A DNA stretch of 64,000 nucleotides from Candidatus Limnocylindrales bacterium (GCA_038322255.1 JBBQFS010000001.1:11729-75728), one strand, 5' to 3'; counted from the first letter of the stretch, positions 1 through 10,252 are shown. Numbers and translations are program-made. Notes: generated by a model from the sequence alone, not told the origin.

Positions 1-661
1 GCCGGTGACCCAGGCGTACGTTCCCCCGACGCCCAACGAGGTGACGGCGATCTCCGCCCGGCTCGGGCTACCGGATCGGTACGCCTTCTATCCGGCGCAG
101 ACGTGGGGCCACAAGAACCACGAGCGCCTGTTCGAGGCCCTGCGCCGGCTGCGTGACCGCGGAATCGAGGTGCCGCTGGTGTGCTCCGGCCACCAGAGCG
201 ACCGCTATCCCGCGCTCATGAACCTCGCGGCCGAGCTCGGCATCCAGGGCCAGATTCTCTTTCTGGGCTTCCTCAGCTCGACCGAGATCCAGGTCGTCTA
301 CCGGCAAGCGACCTGCCTCGTGTTTCCGTCGCTGTACGAGGGTTGGGGCCTGCCGATCCTGGAGGCGTTCGGCGCCGACCTGCCCGTCGCCTGCTCGAAC
401 GTGACGTCGCTGCCCGCGCTCGTCGGTGACGCCGCCGTCGTGTTCGATCCGACGGATCCGGGAGCAATCGCCTCGGCGATCGAGCGGTTGTGGGTCGATG
501 ATGTCCTGCGAAGCGAGCTCGTGGAGTGCGGCCGAGCGCGTACCCGCCAGTTCGACTGGCACCGGACCGCACTGACCATGCGGGCGCACTACCGTCGACT
601 CGCGGGCCGGGAGTCCGACCCTCGCGACCTGGGTTTGCTCGCGGCCGAGCCGCTCGTCTAG
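1..661 (+). CDS. Glycosyltransferase family 1 (GT4-like), C-terminal part; the gene starts upstream of the window
   Basis: ORF 5..661 carries the GT1 C-terminal signature (EGWGLPILEAFGADLPVACSNVTSLP...DP.DP..IA.AIERL). No credible start within the window. GT1 enzymes are about 370 aa, so only the C-terminal 218 aa are present. Confidence 0.7.
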   Translation, partial: PVTQAYVPPTPNEVTAISARLGLPDRYAFYPAQTWGHKNHERLFEALRRLRDRGIEVPLVCSGHQSDRYPALMNLAAELGIQGQILFLGFLSSTEIQVVYRQATCLVFPSLYEGWGLPILEAFGADLPVACSNVTSLPALVGDAAVVFDPTDPGAIASAIERLWVDDVLRSELVECGRARTRQFDWHRTALTMRAHYRRLAGRESDPRDLGLLAAEPLV

Positions 662-699
662 CCCGAGATGCGACGGCAGACGCTGACGCGCGGCAGTCG

Positions 700-2835
700 A
701 TGACGGCCGCATCGGGACCCGAGGCCGAGCAAGCTACTGGGTTTCGCTCGGACATCGAAGGCCTCCGCGCGGTCGCGGTGCTCCTGATCCTGCTCTACCA
801 CGCCGGCGTGCCCGGCCTGTCCGGCGGCTACGTCGGCGTCGACGTGTTCTTCGTGATCTCCGGCTTCCTCATCACGAGCCTCCTTGTCCGCGAGCTGGAT
901 GAGACCGGCCGGCTCGACCTGCCGCAGTTCTACGCCCGCCGAGCGCGTCGCATCCTGCCCGCCTCGCTGCTCGTCCTCGCCGCGACGCTCGTCGGGGGCG
1001 TCGTCTTCCTGTCGCCGGTGGGCCTCTGGCGGGTGGCGCCGGACATCGCCGCCGCGGCGGCCTACGTCCCGAACATCCTGTTCGCGTTCCAGACGATCGA
1101 CTACTTCCATCCGGCCAACGTATCGCCGGTGATCCACTACTGGTCGCTCGGCGTGGAGGAGCAGTTCTACGTCGTCTGGCCGGTGTTCCTGTGGCTGGCG
1201 CACCGCTTCGCCGGCGGCGCACGCAGCCGGCTGACCTGGGTCGTCGTCGCCGCTATCGCAGGCTCATTCCTCCTCTCAGCGTTCCTCACGAGCCGCTATC
1301 CGACCGCGGCGTTCTACCTGCTTCCCACGCGCGCGTGGGAGCTGGGTGCGGGTGCGCTCGTGGCGCTTGCCGGCCAGCGCGCGCGAGGGTTGGCGCCAGC
1401 CATCGCGAATGTCGTGGGGGCGCTGGGTCTCGGCGCGATCGGCATCTCAGCGGTCGCGTTCGGGACATCGACGCCGTTCCCCGGGACCGCGGCCCTCCTG
1501 CCGGTGCTCGGATCCGTCCTCGTCCTCGTCGGGGGCATGGGCGCGCTCGCGGGCGCGCAAGGGAGCGCCTCGCCGACCTGGGCCGGGGTCGCCCTGGGAT
1601 TGCCGCCGATGCGCTACGTCGGCCGGATCTCGTACTCGCTCTATCTGTGGCACTGGCCCGTGCTGATCCTCGGCGGCATCGCCCTGGGCGCAATGCCGAA
1701 GCCGCTCCCGGCTGTCGTGGCGGTCACGGCCTCGGTCGCCCTGGCCGCCGTCACGTATCGCTGGGTCGAGGATCCGCTCCGCCGTGGGCAGCTCATCGGT
1801 CGGCGACCGCTACGGAACCTCACGGTGGCGCTGGTCGCCTCCGCCCTCGTCGCCGGGGCTGCACTGGGCGGCAGCCGCCTCGCCACTGCGAGGTTCAGGC
1901 AACCCGCCGCGGTGGTGACACCGCCGGCGGGCGACGATCCCTTCGGCGGCCTGATCCCGACCGTCGGGCCGATTTCCAGCGACGGGCCGACCCCGACGGT
2001 CTGGCCTATCCGCACCTTCGGGCCGACCGTCGACGGGCCCCTGCCGGCCGACCTGATCCCCCCGATCCTCAACCTTCATCGCGGCACGGTGAAGTACAAC
2101 CCGAGTGCCGACGGCTGCTCGCTGCTCACCGGCCAGACCGTGAATGGGCCGTGCACGTATGGCAATGTCGCATCGCCCACGAAGGTCGTTCTCTTCGGGG
2201 ATTCGCACCTGGCCCAATGGTGGCCGGCCCTCGAGCGGATCATGGCGAACCGCGATTGGAAGGTCGTCTTCCTGATCAAGACCAGCTGCACCTACGCAGA
2301 CGTGACCGCGATGAGCGATTCCGGCCCCAAGACGGAGTGCGACACGTGGCGGGCTGGTGCCCTCGCCCGGATCAGGGCCGAGCAGCCCGCGCTGGTCGTC
2401 GTGTCCTCCAACCAGCGCCCTCCGCCGGTCGTTGCAGGCGTGGCCCTGGCTGGGGCCGAGGCGACGGCCGCCATGCAGGCCGGCGCAACGCGAACGATCA
2501 CCACGCTCCAGTCGATCGGCGCGCGCGTCGCCGTGCTCGCGGACACGCCGCAGGTCCCGTTCGATCCGGCCGACTGCCTGAGCGCGAACGCCGACCACGT
2601 CATCCGCTGTGCGATTCCGCGTTCGCAGGCGATCGATCTCGGCTGGCTCGTCGCCGAGCGAGCCGCCGCGGAGGGCCTGAGCGCGACCTTCGTGGACGTG
2701 GATGCGTGGATCTGCCCGACCGATCCGTGCCCGATGGTGATCGGCCGGTATGCGGTCTTTGCCGACACCAACCACGTGACGAGGCCGTTCGTCCAGGGCC
2801 TGACGAACCGACTGGACGCAGCGCTGCCGCGCTAG
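700..2835 (+). CDS. Acyltransferase-3 family membrane O-acyltransferase fused to a C-terminal SGNH hydrolase domain (OatA/OafA-like)
   Basis: Internal ATG at 700 of ORF 526..2835. Acyltransferase-3 signatures are present (RSDIEGLRAVAVLLILLYH, VDVFFVISGFLIT, WSLGVEEQFYVVWP), with multiple TM segments. The C-terminus has SGNH motifs (VVLFGDSHLAQWWP). Confidence 0.8.
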   Translation: MTAASGPEAEQATGFRSDIEGLRAVAVLLILLYHAGVPGLSGGYVGVDVFFVISGFLITSLLVRELDETGRLDLPQFYARRARRILPASLLVLAATLVGGVVFLSPVGLWRVAPDIAAAAAYVPNILFAFQTIDYFHPANVSPVIHYWSLGVEEQFYVVWPVFLWLAHRFAGGARSRLTWVVVAAIAGSFLLSAFLTSRYPTAAFYLLPTRAWELGAGALVALAGQRARGLAPAIANVVGALGLGAIGISAVAFGTSTPFPGTAALLPVLGSVLVLVGGMGALAGAQGSASPTWAGVALGLPPMRYVGRISYSLYLWHWPVLILGGIALGAMPKPLPAVVAVTASVALAAVTYRWVEDPLRRGQLIGRRPLRNLTVALVASALVAGAALGGSRLATARFRQPAAVVTPPAGDDPFGGLIPTVGPISSDGPTPTVWPIRTFGPTVDGPLPADLIPPILNLHRGTVKYNPSADGCSLLTGQTVNGPCTYGNVASPTKVVLFGDSHLAQWWPALERIMANRDWKVVFLIKTSCTYADVTAMSDSGPKTECDTWRAGALARIRAEQPALVVVSSNQRPPPVVAGVALAGAEATAAMQAGATRTITTLQSIGARVAVLADTPQVPFDPADCLSANADHVIRCAIPRSQAIDLGWLVAERAAAEGLSATFVDVDAWICPTDPCPMVIGRYAVFADTNHVTRPFVQGLTNRLDAALPR

Positions 2836-2842
2836 CCGGGGT

Positions 2843-4243
2843 TCAGGCCGGGCCGTGCCGCCAGCTGCGCCAGTCCTCGATCGTTTCGGCGTACCACGCG
2901 AGGGTGGAATCAAGCTGGCCGTTGAGGCCGAAGCGCGGCGATGCATCGTCTGCGGCGTTGCGCCCGAGCCGGGTCCGGAGGTCGTCGTCGCCGAGCAGCG
3001 CGGCCGTCGCCGTCGCCATGCCGGCCGCGTCGTGCGCACCGACGAGCACGCCCGTCGCCGTCTCCGGACCTTCAGCCGCGCCGGTCCAGGATCCGGGCGC
3101 CCCCTCGAGGCTGCGGACCTGCTCGTGGATCCCGCCGACCGCGGTCGCGACGACCGGCAGGCCAACCGAGAGCGCCTCGAGCACGGTCGTCGGGAACGTG
3201 TCGGCGTTGGCTGCGTGGAGGTAGACATCGGCGGCCTGGTAGTACGCCGCGACCCGCTCCGGAAGCTTCTCGTAGGGCACGAACCGCAGCTCGGCGTTCT
3301 CCAGGCGTCGGGCCGGGCCGTCGTCGCCGAGCGCGATCAGCAGCAGCTGTCGATCGCGCAGGGCAAACGCCACGCTTTCCGCCGCGGCGGCGACGGTCTC
3401 GTAGTCCTTGAACGGGTTGCGCTGCATGGCGTTCGCCGTGAAGAGGAGGATCAGGTGGTCGCGCGGAAGCCCCAGCAGCTCACGCGCCGCGGCCTGCTCG
3501 GCCGGCCGGAACACCTGCTGGTCGACGCCGTTCGGGATTAACCGAAAATTCACCGCGCCGGCCGCGAGGACCGACTGCTCGGCCCGCTCCAGCAGCCATC
3601 TCGACGGCGCGGAGACGTAGAGCCGGCTGCCCTCGTAGATCGCCTTCTTTGCCAGCCAGTTCTCGTGCGTGGCGTCGCGCTGGATGGCGGGATGGATGGC
3701 GAGATCCGGGCAGCTCACGCAGCCGGACCGCCAGTTTTCAATGCCCATCGTGTAGGCGCAGTGGCCGGTGTACGTCCACTCGTCATGCAGGGTGAGCGCC
3801 GTCGGCACCCGGGCGGTCAGCGCCGTCAGCGACCGGAGGTCGAAGTACTCGTTGTGCAGGTTGTGCAGATGGACGAGGTCGGGCGTGAACCCCGCCAGCT
3901 CCAGGAGGGCCCGGCTGCCCGGATAGTCGAAGAACTCGCGGCCCTTCGCCCGGCTCCGGAGATAGGCAACCGGATGCGGTGAGAGGAGCGCGCGCCGGAC
4001 CGGCTGGAGCGCCGGGCTGCGCCGGGCGAGTGGCCTGAGCAGCCGCGCCGCCACGCGCCGGGCGAACCGCCCGGAGTCCGGAACGCTCGCCGGGATCAGG
4101 TGGACGTCCGGATCGTGCGTGGTCCGGGTCCCGACGGCCATCGCCGAGGTATGGCCCCGGCTGCGGTAGCCGCGAAAGAGCGCGTAGCCGATTTTGTGCG
4201 CGCCACCGCCACCGTCCGAGGCGCTGACCTGGAGGATCCTCAA
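2843..4243 (-). CDS. Glycosyltransferase family 1 (GT4)
   Basis: Minus-strand ORF. N-terminus RILQVSASDGGGGAHKIGYAL is typical of GT4. C-terminal motif EALSVGLPVVATAVGGIHEQV. A TTG start at 4243 overlaps the TGA stop of the upstream GT2-like gene (TTGA). The long 5' extension of the track ORF (to 4864) overlaps the neighbouring gene and is not coding. Confidence 0.75.
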   Translation of the reverse strand: MRILQVSASDGGGGAHKIGYALFRGYRSRGHTSAMAVGTRTTHDPDVHLIPASVPDSGRFARRVAARLLRPLARRSPALQPVRRALLSPHPVAYLRSRAKGREFFDYPGSRALLELAGFTPDLVHLHNLHNEYFDLRSLTALTARVPTALTLHDEWTYTGHCAYTMGIENWRSGCVSCPDLAIHPAIQRDATHENWLAKKAIYEGSRLYVSAPSRWLLERAEQSVLAAGAVNFRLIPNGVDQQVFRPAEQAAARELLGLPRDHLILLFTANAMQRNPFKDYETVAAAAESVAFALRDRQLLLIALGDDGPARRLENAELRFVPYEKLPERVAAYYQAADVYLHAANADTFPTTVLEALSVGLPVVATAVGGIHEQVRSLEGAPGSWTGAAEGPETATGVLVGAHDAAGMATATAALLGDDDLRTRLGRNAADDASPRFGLNGQLDSTLAWYAETIEDWRSWRHGPA

Positions 4244-5346
4244 GGCCGGCGCACGAGGCGGCCAACCTGGCGGCCAACCTGGCGGATGACGCCCGAGCTG
4301 GTTCGCCCGCCCAGGCGCCGGGCCCGGCGCGCGACGCGACGAACGATGCTCCTCGAGCCGGCGTCCACGACGTCGAGGGCTTTCAGCGCCCGGCGGCCGA
4401 AGCCGTACCAGCGCGAGCGCAGGAGTCGTTCGATGTCCGCCGTGTCGCGCAGCTCGCCCGGCCTGCTCCGCGCCAGGTCGTCGACCATCCGGGTGATCTG
4501 CTCGGGATGCGGACCGGCGTAGCGCTCGAGCCAGCTCGGGAAGTCGTAGACGTTGTGGACGCGGTACGGCCGGCCGAGCCGCAGGAACGCGTCCTGCGCC
4601 CAGGCGACCGCTCCGGGGCGCTTCGACCAGCTGGCGTGGCCGTAGTAGTCGCACTTCTCGATGACCTGCTTCGGCAGCAGCAGCGAGTAGTGGTAGAGGT
4701 GGATGCCCTGGCGGGCGAGATCCTCGCCGCGCAGCCAGTTGCCGGCGCGCAGATCGCGTCCCTCCGGGTCGAGGACGGTCGGCGGCCGGTGGCTCGCATA
4801 CGCGTAGCCCGGGCCCCACCGGAACAGGCGGTGGTAGTAGGTCGCGCCGCGCCGCAGGTACCACCCGTCCGCGGTGTAACCGAGGCCGCCCCAGAACGTG
4901 ATCTGCTTGAACGTGACCGCCGTGATCGTCGGGTCGTCACGGAGCATCCCGACGACGCGCGTCATCTCCTCGCCGCGGTAGAGCTCGTCGATGTCGACCT
5001 GCCAGAGATAGTCCCCCGTCGCCCGCTTGGCGTAGGCCCGGCTCTGCTCGTCCTTCTCGCCCGGCCAGAAGCCGCTGGGATGCCCCTCGTCCTCGGCGGT
5101 GACGATCGAGACCTTGCCCTCGGGGTCCTCCTCGCGCTTGAACCGGCGGAGCTCGGCCAGCGTGCCGTCGCGCGAATGCCCCTCGGCGGTGGCGATGTTC
5201 ACGGCCCCCGGCGCGGCCCCCTCGACCACGATGATCTCGTACGCGAACCGATACAGCGATCGCAGCGTGTAGCTCGTGAACGGCTCGCCGTTCAGCACGA
5301 TCACGCCGAACGTGATCCTCGGCTCGCCGGTGGTCGCGGCGGTCAC
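4240..5346 (-). CDS. Glycosyltransferase family 2-like (nucleotide-diphospho-sugar transferase fold) protein
   Basis: The conserved part of ORF 4240..5934 starts at the GTG at 5346 (VTAATTGEPRITFGVIVLNGEPF...). This GTG overlaps the TGA stop of the FkbM gene (GTGA). GT2-like N-terminal motif; the family assignment is tentative. Confidence 0.55.
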   Translation of the reverse strand: MTAATTGEPRITFGVIVLNGEPFTSYTLRSLYRFAYEIIVVEGAAPGAVNIATAEGHSRDGTLAELRRFKREEDPEGKVSIVTAEDEGHPSGFWPGEKDEQSRAYAKRATGDYLWQVDIDELYRGEEMTRVVGMLRDDPTITAVTFKQITFWGGLGYTADGWYLRRGATYYHRLFRWGPGYAYASHRPPTVLDPEGRDLRAGNWLRGEDLARQGIHLYHYSLLLPKQVIEKCDYYGHASWSKRPGAVAWAQDAFLRLGRPYRVHNVYDFPSWLERYAGPHPEQITRMVDDLARSRPGELRDTADIERLLRSRWYGFGRRALKALDVVDAGSRSIVRRVARRARRLGGRTSSGVIRQVGRQVGRLVRRP

Positions 5347-6053
5347 GCCGGCTCGGCCGCCATGCGTCGCGCGTCCCGGCGAACGAAGGTGAAGTTCCAG
5401 CCATCGACCGCGACGAGGTCGTAGCCCCTGCCGAGAACGCGTCGGATCGTCGACCAGAAGCGATAGGCGCTGACCGGCTGGTCGACCTCGAAGCACAGGA
5501 CCTGGGGCAGGATGCCGGCTCGCAGGGTCGCGGCGATCACCTTGTGCTCCGCGCCCTCGATGTCGAGCTTGAGCAGGTCGATCGAGGTGTGGCCAAGCTC
5601 GGCCATGATCGATTCGATGCTCACGACAGCGGCTTCGAACCACTCGCTCGTGTGCTGCAGGTTGACGACCGAATGGGAGACGTGCGCTGGGTCTCGGGGA
5701 CGGTAGAACTTCATGACCGTGTTCGAGGACCATAGCCCGACCGGCCGGAAGCGGAAGTGCGCCTCGCGGCTCGCGATCGGCTCCGCGTATGCGATCGCTC
5801 GCGGCGTCGGGTCGAAGGCGAAGACGTCGCAGCCGAACCGCTCGATGACGCCCAGGTCGAAGCTGACATCCTCGCCGACGCCGCCGTCGTAGCAGCGCCA
5901 GGCCGGGCCGATGAGCACCGTCGGTACGATCCATCCGCCATAGGTCGTGCCGATCTTCTCGAGACCGAGATCGGGGCGTTCGCGAACGCTCCGGATGACC
6001 GACCGGCGAACGCGGCGGAGGGCCCAGCCCCGGGCCCGCGGCAGGATGGTCAC
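5343..6053 (-). CDS. FkbM family SAM-dependent methyltransferase
   Basis: C-terminal region FDPTPRA...MKFYRP...IDLLKLDIEGAEHKVI matches the FkbM methyltransferase family. A GTG start at 6053 overlaps the TGA stop of the upstream GT2 gene. The upstream part of track ORF 5343..6707 overlaps the GT2 gene and is rejected. Confidence 0.7.
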   Translation of the reverse strand: MTILPRARGWALRRVRRSVIRSVRERPDLGLEKIGTTYGGWIVPTVLIGPAWRCYDGGVGEDVSFDLGVIERFGCDVFAFDPTPRAIAYAEPIASREAHFRFRPVGLWSSNTVMKFYRPRDPAHVSHSVVNLQHTSEWFEAAVVSIESIMAELGHTSIDLLKLDIEGAEHKVIAATLRAGILPQVLCFEVDQPVSAYRFWSTIRRVLGRGYDLVAVDGWNFTFVRRDARRMAAEPA

Positions 6054-6934
6054 GGCGTTGGGACGGGGCGGAGCCGGGCCGCCTGCAGCAGCCCGATCAG
6101 GAAACGGCGCCAGACGCGCACCAGGTTCGACAGGATCAGGCCCCGCGGCGAGGCCAGGATCACGAAGGTCGTCCAGTAGAAGGGATTCTTCGTGGCCCTG
6201 ATCGTGAGCGAGGACCGCAGGTAGGCGCCCACGGAGCTGAGGTCCAGCGACCGGATGCCGGTCGTCGCCTCGTCCATCACGACCCGGACGGAGGGATCCG
6301 TCCGCAGCTCGAAGCCCTTGCGTGCGGCGCGAATCGTGAACTCGTAATCGGACAGGTAGTGCGGCAGCAGGATCGTGTGCCATCGCCCGAGCTCGACGAA
6401 GTCCGCGCGCCGGAGGAACAGGTCGCGCGTCGGGAAGCAATCGATGTCCTGCGGCTCGAACGCGGGGGTGAATGCCAGCTTTCGCCAGTCGACATGCACG
6501 CCGATCCCGGCCGGCTCGCCCGTCTGGGCGCTCGACGGCTGGGCGAGCAGCAAGACCCGCCTGCCGTCCGGCATCGCGGCGCGGGCCGCTGCCAGGAAGT
6601 CCGGCTCGAAGGTGGTGTCGTCGTTGGCGAGGAGGACGAGGTCGCCCGGCGCGCGCGGCCGGCGCTTGAGCCAGCGGCGGGCCTGCTCGAGGCTGCCGGC
6701 CCACCACCAGTCCCCGGAGCCACGGATGACGGTCACCGAGGGGATGACCGAACGGACCGCGTCGGCAGTGCCGTCCCGGGAGCCGTCGTCGACGAGGACG
6801 AGGTGGAAGCCCTGGTCGGTCTGCGCGGCAAGGCAGCGCGCAAACCGCTCGGTCAGCGCCCGACGGTCGTGGACGGGGGCCAGCACGTAGATCGTGCCGG
6901 CGGGTGCCTGCTCGTGGGCACGGGCCGCTGTCAT
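6050..6934 (-). CDS. Glycosyltransferase family 2
   Basis: ATG at 6934 (MTAARAHEQAPAGTIYVLAPVHDRRA...). The LVLVDDGSRDGT motif is the classic GT2 DxD region. Confidence 0.75.
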   Translation of the reverse strand: MTAARAHEQAPAGTIYVLAPVHDRRALTERFARCLAAQTDQGFHLVLVDDGSRDGTADAVRSVIPSVTVIRGSGDWWWAGSLEQARRWLKRRPRAPGDLVLLANDDTTFEPDFLAAARAAMPDGRRVLLLAQPSSAQTGEPAGIGVHVDWRKLAFTPAFEPQDIDCFPTRDLFLRRADFVELGRWHTILLPHYLSDYEFTIRAARKGFELRTDPSVRVVMDEATTGIRSLDLSSVGAYLRSSLTIRATKNPFYWTTFVILASPRGLILSNLVRVWRRFLIGLLQAARLRPVPTP

Positions 6935-7099
6935 GCCCGGGGAACGCTCATCATCGGAGTGGACAGTATCCCACGCTGACCCGGCGGCTCCGACGAGACA
7001 GCCGCGGGTGGGTGGGTGTCGGTCGATCCCCCTATCCTCGAACGCAACGAGGCCCGGTCCGCGGGACCGCGCCCGAATCCGCGCGCCGCCGGAGGGAAG

Positions 7100-8401
7100 A
7101 TGAAGCTGTTTCTGATCGGGGCTGGCCACGTTGGCCTCGTCACCGCGGTCGGCATGGCCCGGCTCGGCCACCGCGTGACCGTCGCCGACATCGACGCGGC
7201 CCGAATCGACGGCCTCAAGGCCGGCCGGGCACCCATCTTCGAGCCCGGTCTCGAGGACGCCATCACCGAGCTCGGCGACCGCCTGGCTTTCACCACGGAG
7301 CTGCGCCCGCCCCGCGACGCCGGCCACTCGTTCGTGGCGGTGAGCACCCCATCCGGGCGCGACGGCCCGCTCACGATCGACAACGTGCTCCAGGTCGTCG
7401 AGGCGCTCCTCGACGGGACCGGCCCCGATCACACGATCGTGGTCCGCTCGACGCTGCCGATGACCGCCCCCGGCGCGCTGACGGCGCTTCGCGGCGGACG
7501 GCCCGGGACGCCCGCGATCGTGACCAACCCCGAGTTCATGCGCGAGGGCTCGGCGCTGCGCGATTTCGAGCGCCCTGGGCGCGTCGTCGCGGGCTGGCTC
7601 GAGGAGCGGGATCGCCCGGCCGCGGCTCGCGTCCTGGAGCTGTACGCCGGCATCGAGGCCCCGACCCTGGTCGCCGACGCCAGCTCGGTCGCCCTGATCA
7701 AGCTCGCCTCGAACGTCTTCCTCGCGATGAAGGTGGCGTACGCCAACGAGCTCGCCCGCCTCGCGGATGCCTTCGGGGCGGACGCGCCGCTCGTCGCGGA
7801 TGGGCTGGGCATGGACGGGCGAATCGGCCGGGGCTTCCTTGACGCCGGCCCCGGCTTCGGCGGCTCGTGCCTGCCCGAGCAGGCGGTCGCGCTGGCCCGC
7901 ATGGCCGCATCCGCGGGCGTCGCCGCGCCCCTCATCGACTCGGTCTCAAGCTCCAATCGGACCCACCAGGCCGCGATCGTCAGCCGACTTGGCGAACTCC
8001 TCGGCGGCGGGCCGGGCAGGGAAAGATTGCGCGGCGCCCGGATCGGGCTGCTCGGCCTGGCGTTCAAGGCCAACACCGACGACGTGCGGGAATCGCCGGC
8101 GCTGGCGATCGCGACCGAGCTCCGCGCCGCCGGGGCGACGGTCACCGGTACGGACCCGCGCGCCGCCGATCGGGCTCGGCGCGCCGATCCAGCCCTCGTG
8201 ACCGCCCCGGACCCGGCGGCCGCCGCCGCAGATGCCGATGCCGTGTTGATCGTCACCGAGTGGCCTGAGTACGGCGCGCTCGACTGGGCGCCGGTCGCGG
8301 CGGCGATGCGCGGCGACCTCGTCTACGACACGCGCGGCATCGCCGATCCCGAACGGGTCGCGTCCGCCGGGCTTCGCCTGGAGCGCCTCGGGCGACCCTG
8401 A
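7100..8401 (+). CDS. ugd: UDP-glucose 6-dehydrogenase (nucleotide-sugar dehydrogenase family)
   Basis: GGAGGG RBS at 7091-7096, then ATG at 7100. N-terminal Rossmann motif MKLFLIGAGHVGLVTAVGMARLGHRVTVADID. Catalytic region GFGGSCLPEQ. 434 aa. Confidence 0.85.
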   Translation: MKLFLIGAGHVGLVTAVGMARLGHRVTVADIDAARIDGLKAGRAPIFEPGLEDAITELGDRLAFTTELRPPRDAGHSFVAVSTPSGRDGPLTIDNVLQVVEALLDGTGPDHTIVVRSTLPMTAPGALTALRGGRPGTPAIVTNPEFMREGSALRDFERPGRVVAGWLEERDRPAAARVLELYAGIEAPTLVADASSVALIKLASNVFLAMKVAYANELARLADAFGADAPLVADGLGMDGRIGRGFLDAGPGFGGSCLPEQAVALARMAASAGVAAPLIDSVSSSNRTHQAAIVSRLGELLGGGPGRERLRGARIGLLGLAFKANTDDVRESPALAIATELRAAGATVTGTDPRAADRARRADPALVTAPDPAAAAADADAVLIVTEWPEYGALDWAPVAAAMRGDLVYDTRGIADPERVASAGLRLERLGRP

Positions 8402-8518
8402 GCCGACGCCGGGCCCCGCACCCACGCGGCTGGTCCGACGCCTTGCGGTACCATTCGGCCCCGCCAACGCGCCAGGCGTGATCGGCGCGCCCGACATCGA
8501 ACAGGACACCCGTACCGC

Positions 8519-10252
8519 ATGACGCTCCGAGCCAGACCCGTCGCACGCCGACGGGGCCGTGCCGGCTGGGATTCCGGCGACCGCCGCAACACCCTCATCA
8601 ACGCCGGCTTCTTCATCGCGATCGGCCTTGCCGTCCTCATCCTCCTCGGCTACGCGGCCTGGAGCTGGTACGACGGCCACTTCGGCGCCGCAGCCGTGGT
8701 CAACGGCCAGGTCATCACCAAGGACGACCTGCGCAACCGGCTCGCGATCGAGAACTTCCGGCTCGACTACATCGAGAGCCGCATCAAGACCCTCGAGGCC
8801 AAGGGCCGCATCTCCAGCGCCGACGCCCAGCAGCAGGTCGATTTCCTCAACCAGCGCCGCCAGCAGCTGGCGAACCTGACCCTCCAGCGGCTGGTCGACG
8901 GCACGCTGATGGCGAAGCTCGCGGCCGATGACGGCGTCGCCGTGACCGACGCGGAGGTCGATGCGCAGCTCGTTTCGGAGGCGACGACGTCGGAGCAGCG
9001 TCACGTCTGGATGATCGCGGTCGAGCCCGCGACGGACCCCGCCACCGGCCAGGTCGGGGAGGCCCAGAAGCGGGCCGCGCTCGTTCGGGCCCAGCAGGCG
9101 TTTGCCCGGCTCAAGAACGGTGAGTCCTGGGACGACGTCGCCCGGACGATGTCAACGTCGGGGCTCGCACCCCAGAGCGGCGACCTCGGCTGGCTGTCGA
9201 AGGACAGCGGCTACGACGCGGATTTCATGACCGGCGTGTTCGCGGCCGAGCTCAACGCGCCGACCACGGTCATCCAGGGCGCCGACGGGACCTACCGCAT
9301 CGGGCGGTACACCGAGGTCGCTGCCCAGGAGGTCGATGCGAACCTCCAGCCCTCGATCGTCGATATCGGCATCAAGCTCGACGACTACCGCGTCGCCGCT
9401 CGCGCCGACGTTGTCCGCAAGAAGCTCTCGGACAAGGTCGTCGCCGACATGTCGAAGCCCGGCCCGCAGCGACACGTGCTCCAGATCTACCTGCCCGAGC
9501 CCAACGCGCCGACGGTCACGACCGAGAGCGGCGTGAAGGTCCGCCACATCCTCTTCGCGCCGAACGACGACGCCACCAAGGCCGCGGACGTCCCGGCCGG
9601 CGACCCGGCATGGGCCAGGGCCAAGGCGGCTGCCGACGCGACCTACCTCGAGCTCAAGACGCATCCCGACACCTTCGACGCGCTGGCACGTGGGCTCTCG
9701 GATGAGCCGTCGGCGAAGTCGACCGGCGGAAAGCAGCCCTGGTACTACCCGTCCAGCTCGCTCGAGCAGGCCTTCAAGGACGCGATCTTTGCGCCCGGCC
9801 TGACGCCCGGCCAGCTGCTCCAGCCCGTCAAGACGGCATTCGGCTGGCACGTGATCCAGATCATGCGACCGACGGGCGACGGCGATGCCGCCTGGCTCGC
9901 GGCGATCAAGGCCAAGGTCACGGACGACGCGTCGTTCAAGCAGCTCGCGAAGGACAACAGCGAAGGACCCGAGGCGATGGCCGGCGGCGACATCGGCTGG
10001 ATCGCCCCGGGACAGCTCGCGGACAAGGTCGACGCCGCCATCTTCGGGACGGCCGTCGGCTCGCTCTCGGCGGTCGTCACCGTCGACCAGGGCGGCGTCT
10101 ACCTGATGAAGGTGCTCGCCGAGGAGACGAGGACGCCGACCGACGCGCAGCTCAAGATCTTCAAGGACAGCGGCTTCTCCTACTGGTACACCCGCCAGAA
10201 GGAGAAGGCCAAGATCGACTATCCCCTCGGGACCGCCTCGGCGACCGGCTAG
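8519..10252 (+). CDS. Membrane-anchored SurA/PrsA-like peptidyl-prolyl cis-trans isomerase (parvulin type)
   Basis: N-terminal TM anchor (LINAGFFIAIGLAVLILLGYAAW). SurA-like chaperone region. C-terminal parvulin/PpiC motifs (VRHILF..., GWHVIQIM, GGDIGWI). The weak RBS makes the start uncertain. Confidence 0.7.
   Translation: MTLRARPVARRRGRAGWDSGDRRNTLINAGFFIAIGLAVLILLGYAAWSWYDGHFGAAAVVNGQVITKDDLRNRLAIENFRLDYIESRIKTLEAKGRISSADAQQQVDFLNQRRQQLANLTLQRLVDGTLMAKLAADDGVAVTDAEVDAQLVSEATTSEQRHVWMIAVEPATDPATGQVGEAQKRAALVRAQQAFARLKNGESWDDVARTMSTSGLAPQSGDLGWLSKDSGYDADFMTGVFAAELNAPTTVIQGADGTYRIGRYTEVAAQEVDANLQPSIVDIGIKLDDYRVAARADVVRKKLSDKVVADMSKPGPQRHVLQIYLPEPNAPTVTTESGVKVRHILFAPNDDATKAADVPAGDPAWARAKAAADATYLELKTHPDTFDALARGLSDEPSAKSTGGKQPWYYPSSSLEQAFKDAIFAPGLTPGQLLQPVKTAFGWHVIQIMRPTGDGDAAWLAAIKAKVTDDASFKQLAKDNSEGPEAMAGGDIGWIAPGQLADKVDAAIFGTAVGSLSAVVTVDQGGVYLMKVLAEETRTPTDAQLKIFKDSGFSYWYTRQKEKAKIDYPLGTASATG

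Noticed and set aside
1191-3228. Long overlapping ORFs (1191..3224 +, 1810..3228 -) across the acyltransferase gene
   Set aside because: Arg/Gly/Pro-rich junk translations in alternative frames of a gene with strong family motifs.
4383-5424. ORFs 4383..4940 (-) and 4507..5424 (+) inside the GT2-like gene
   Set aside because: Alternative-frame or antisense low-complexity translations.
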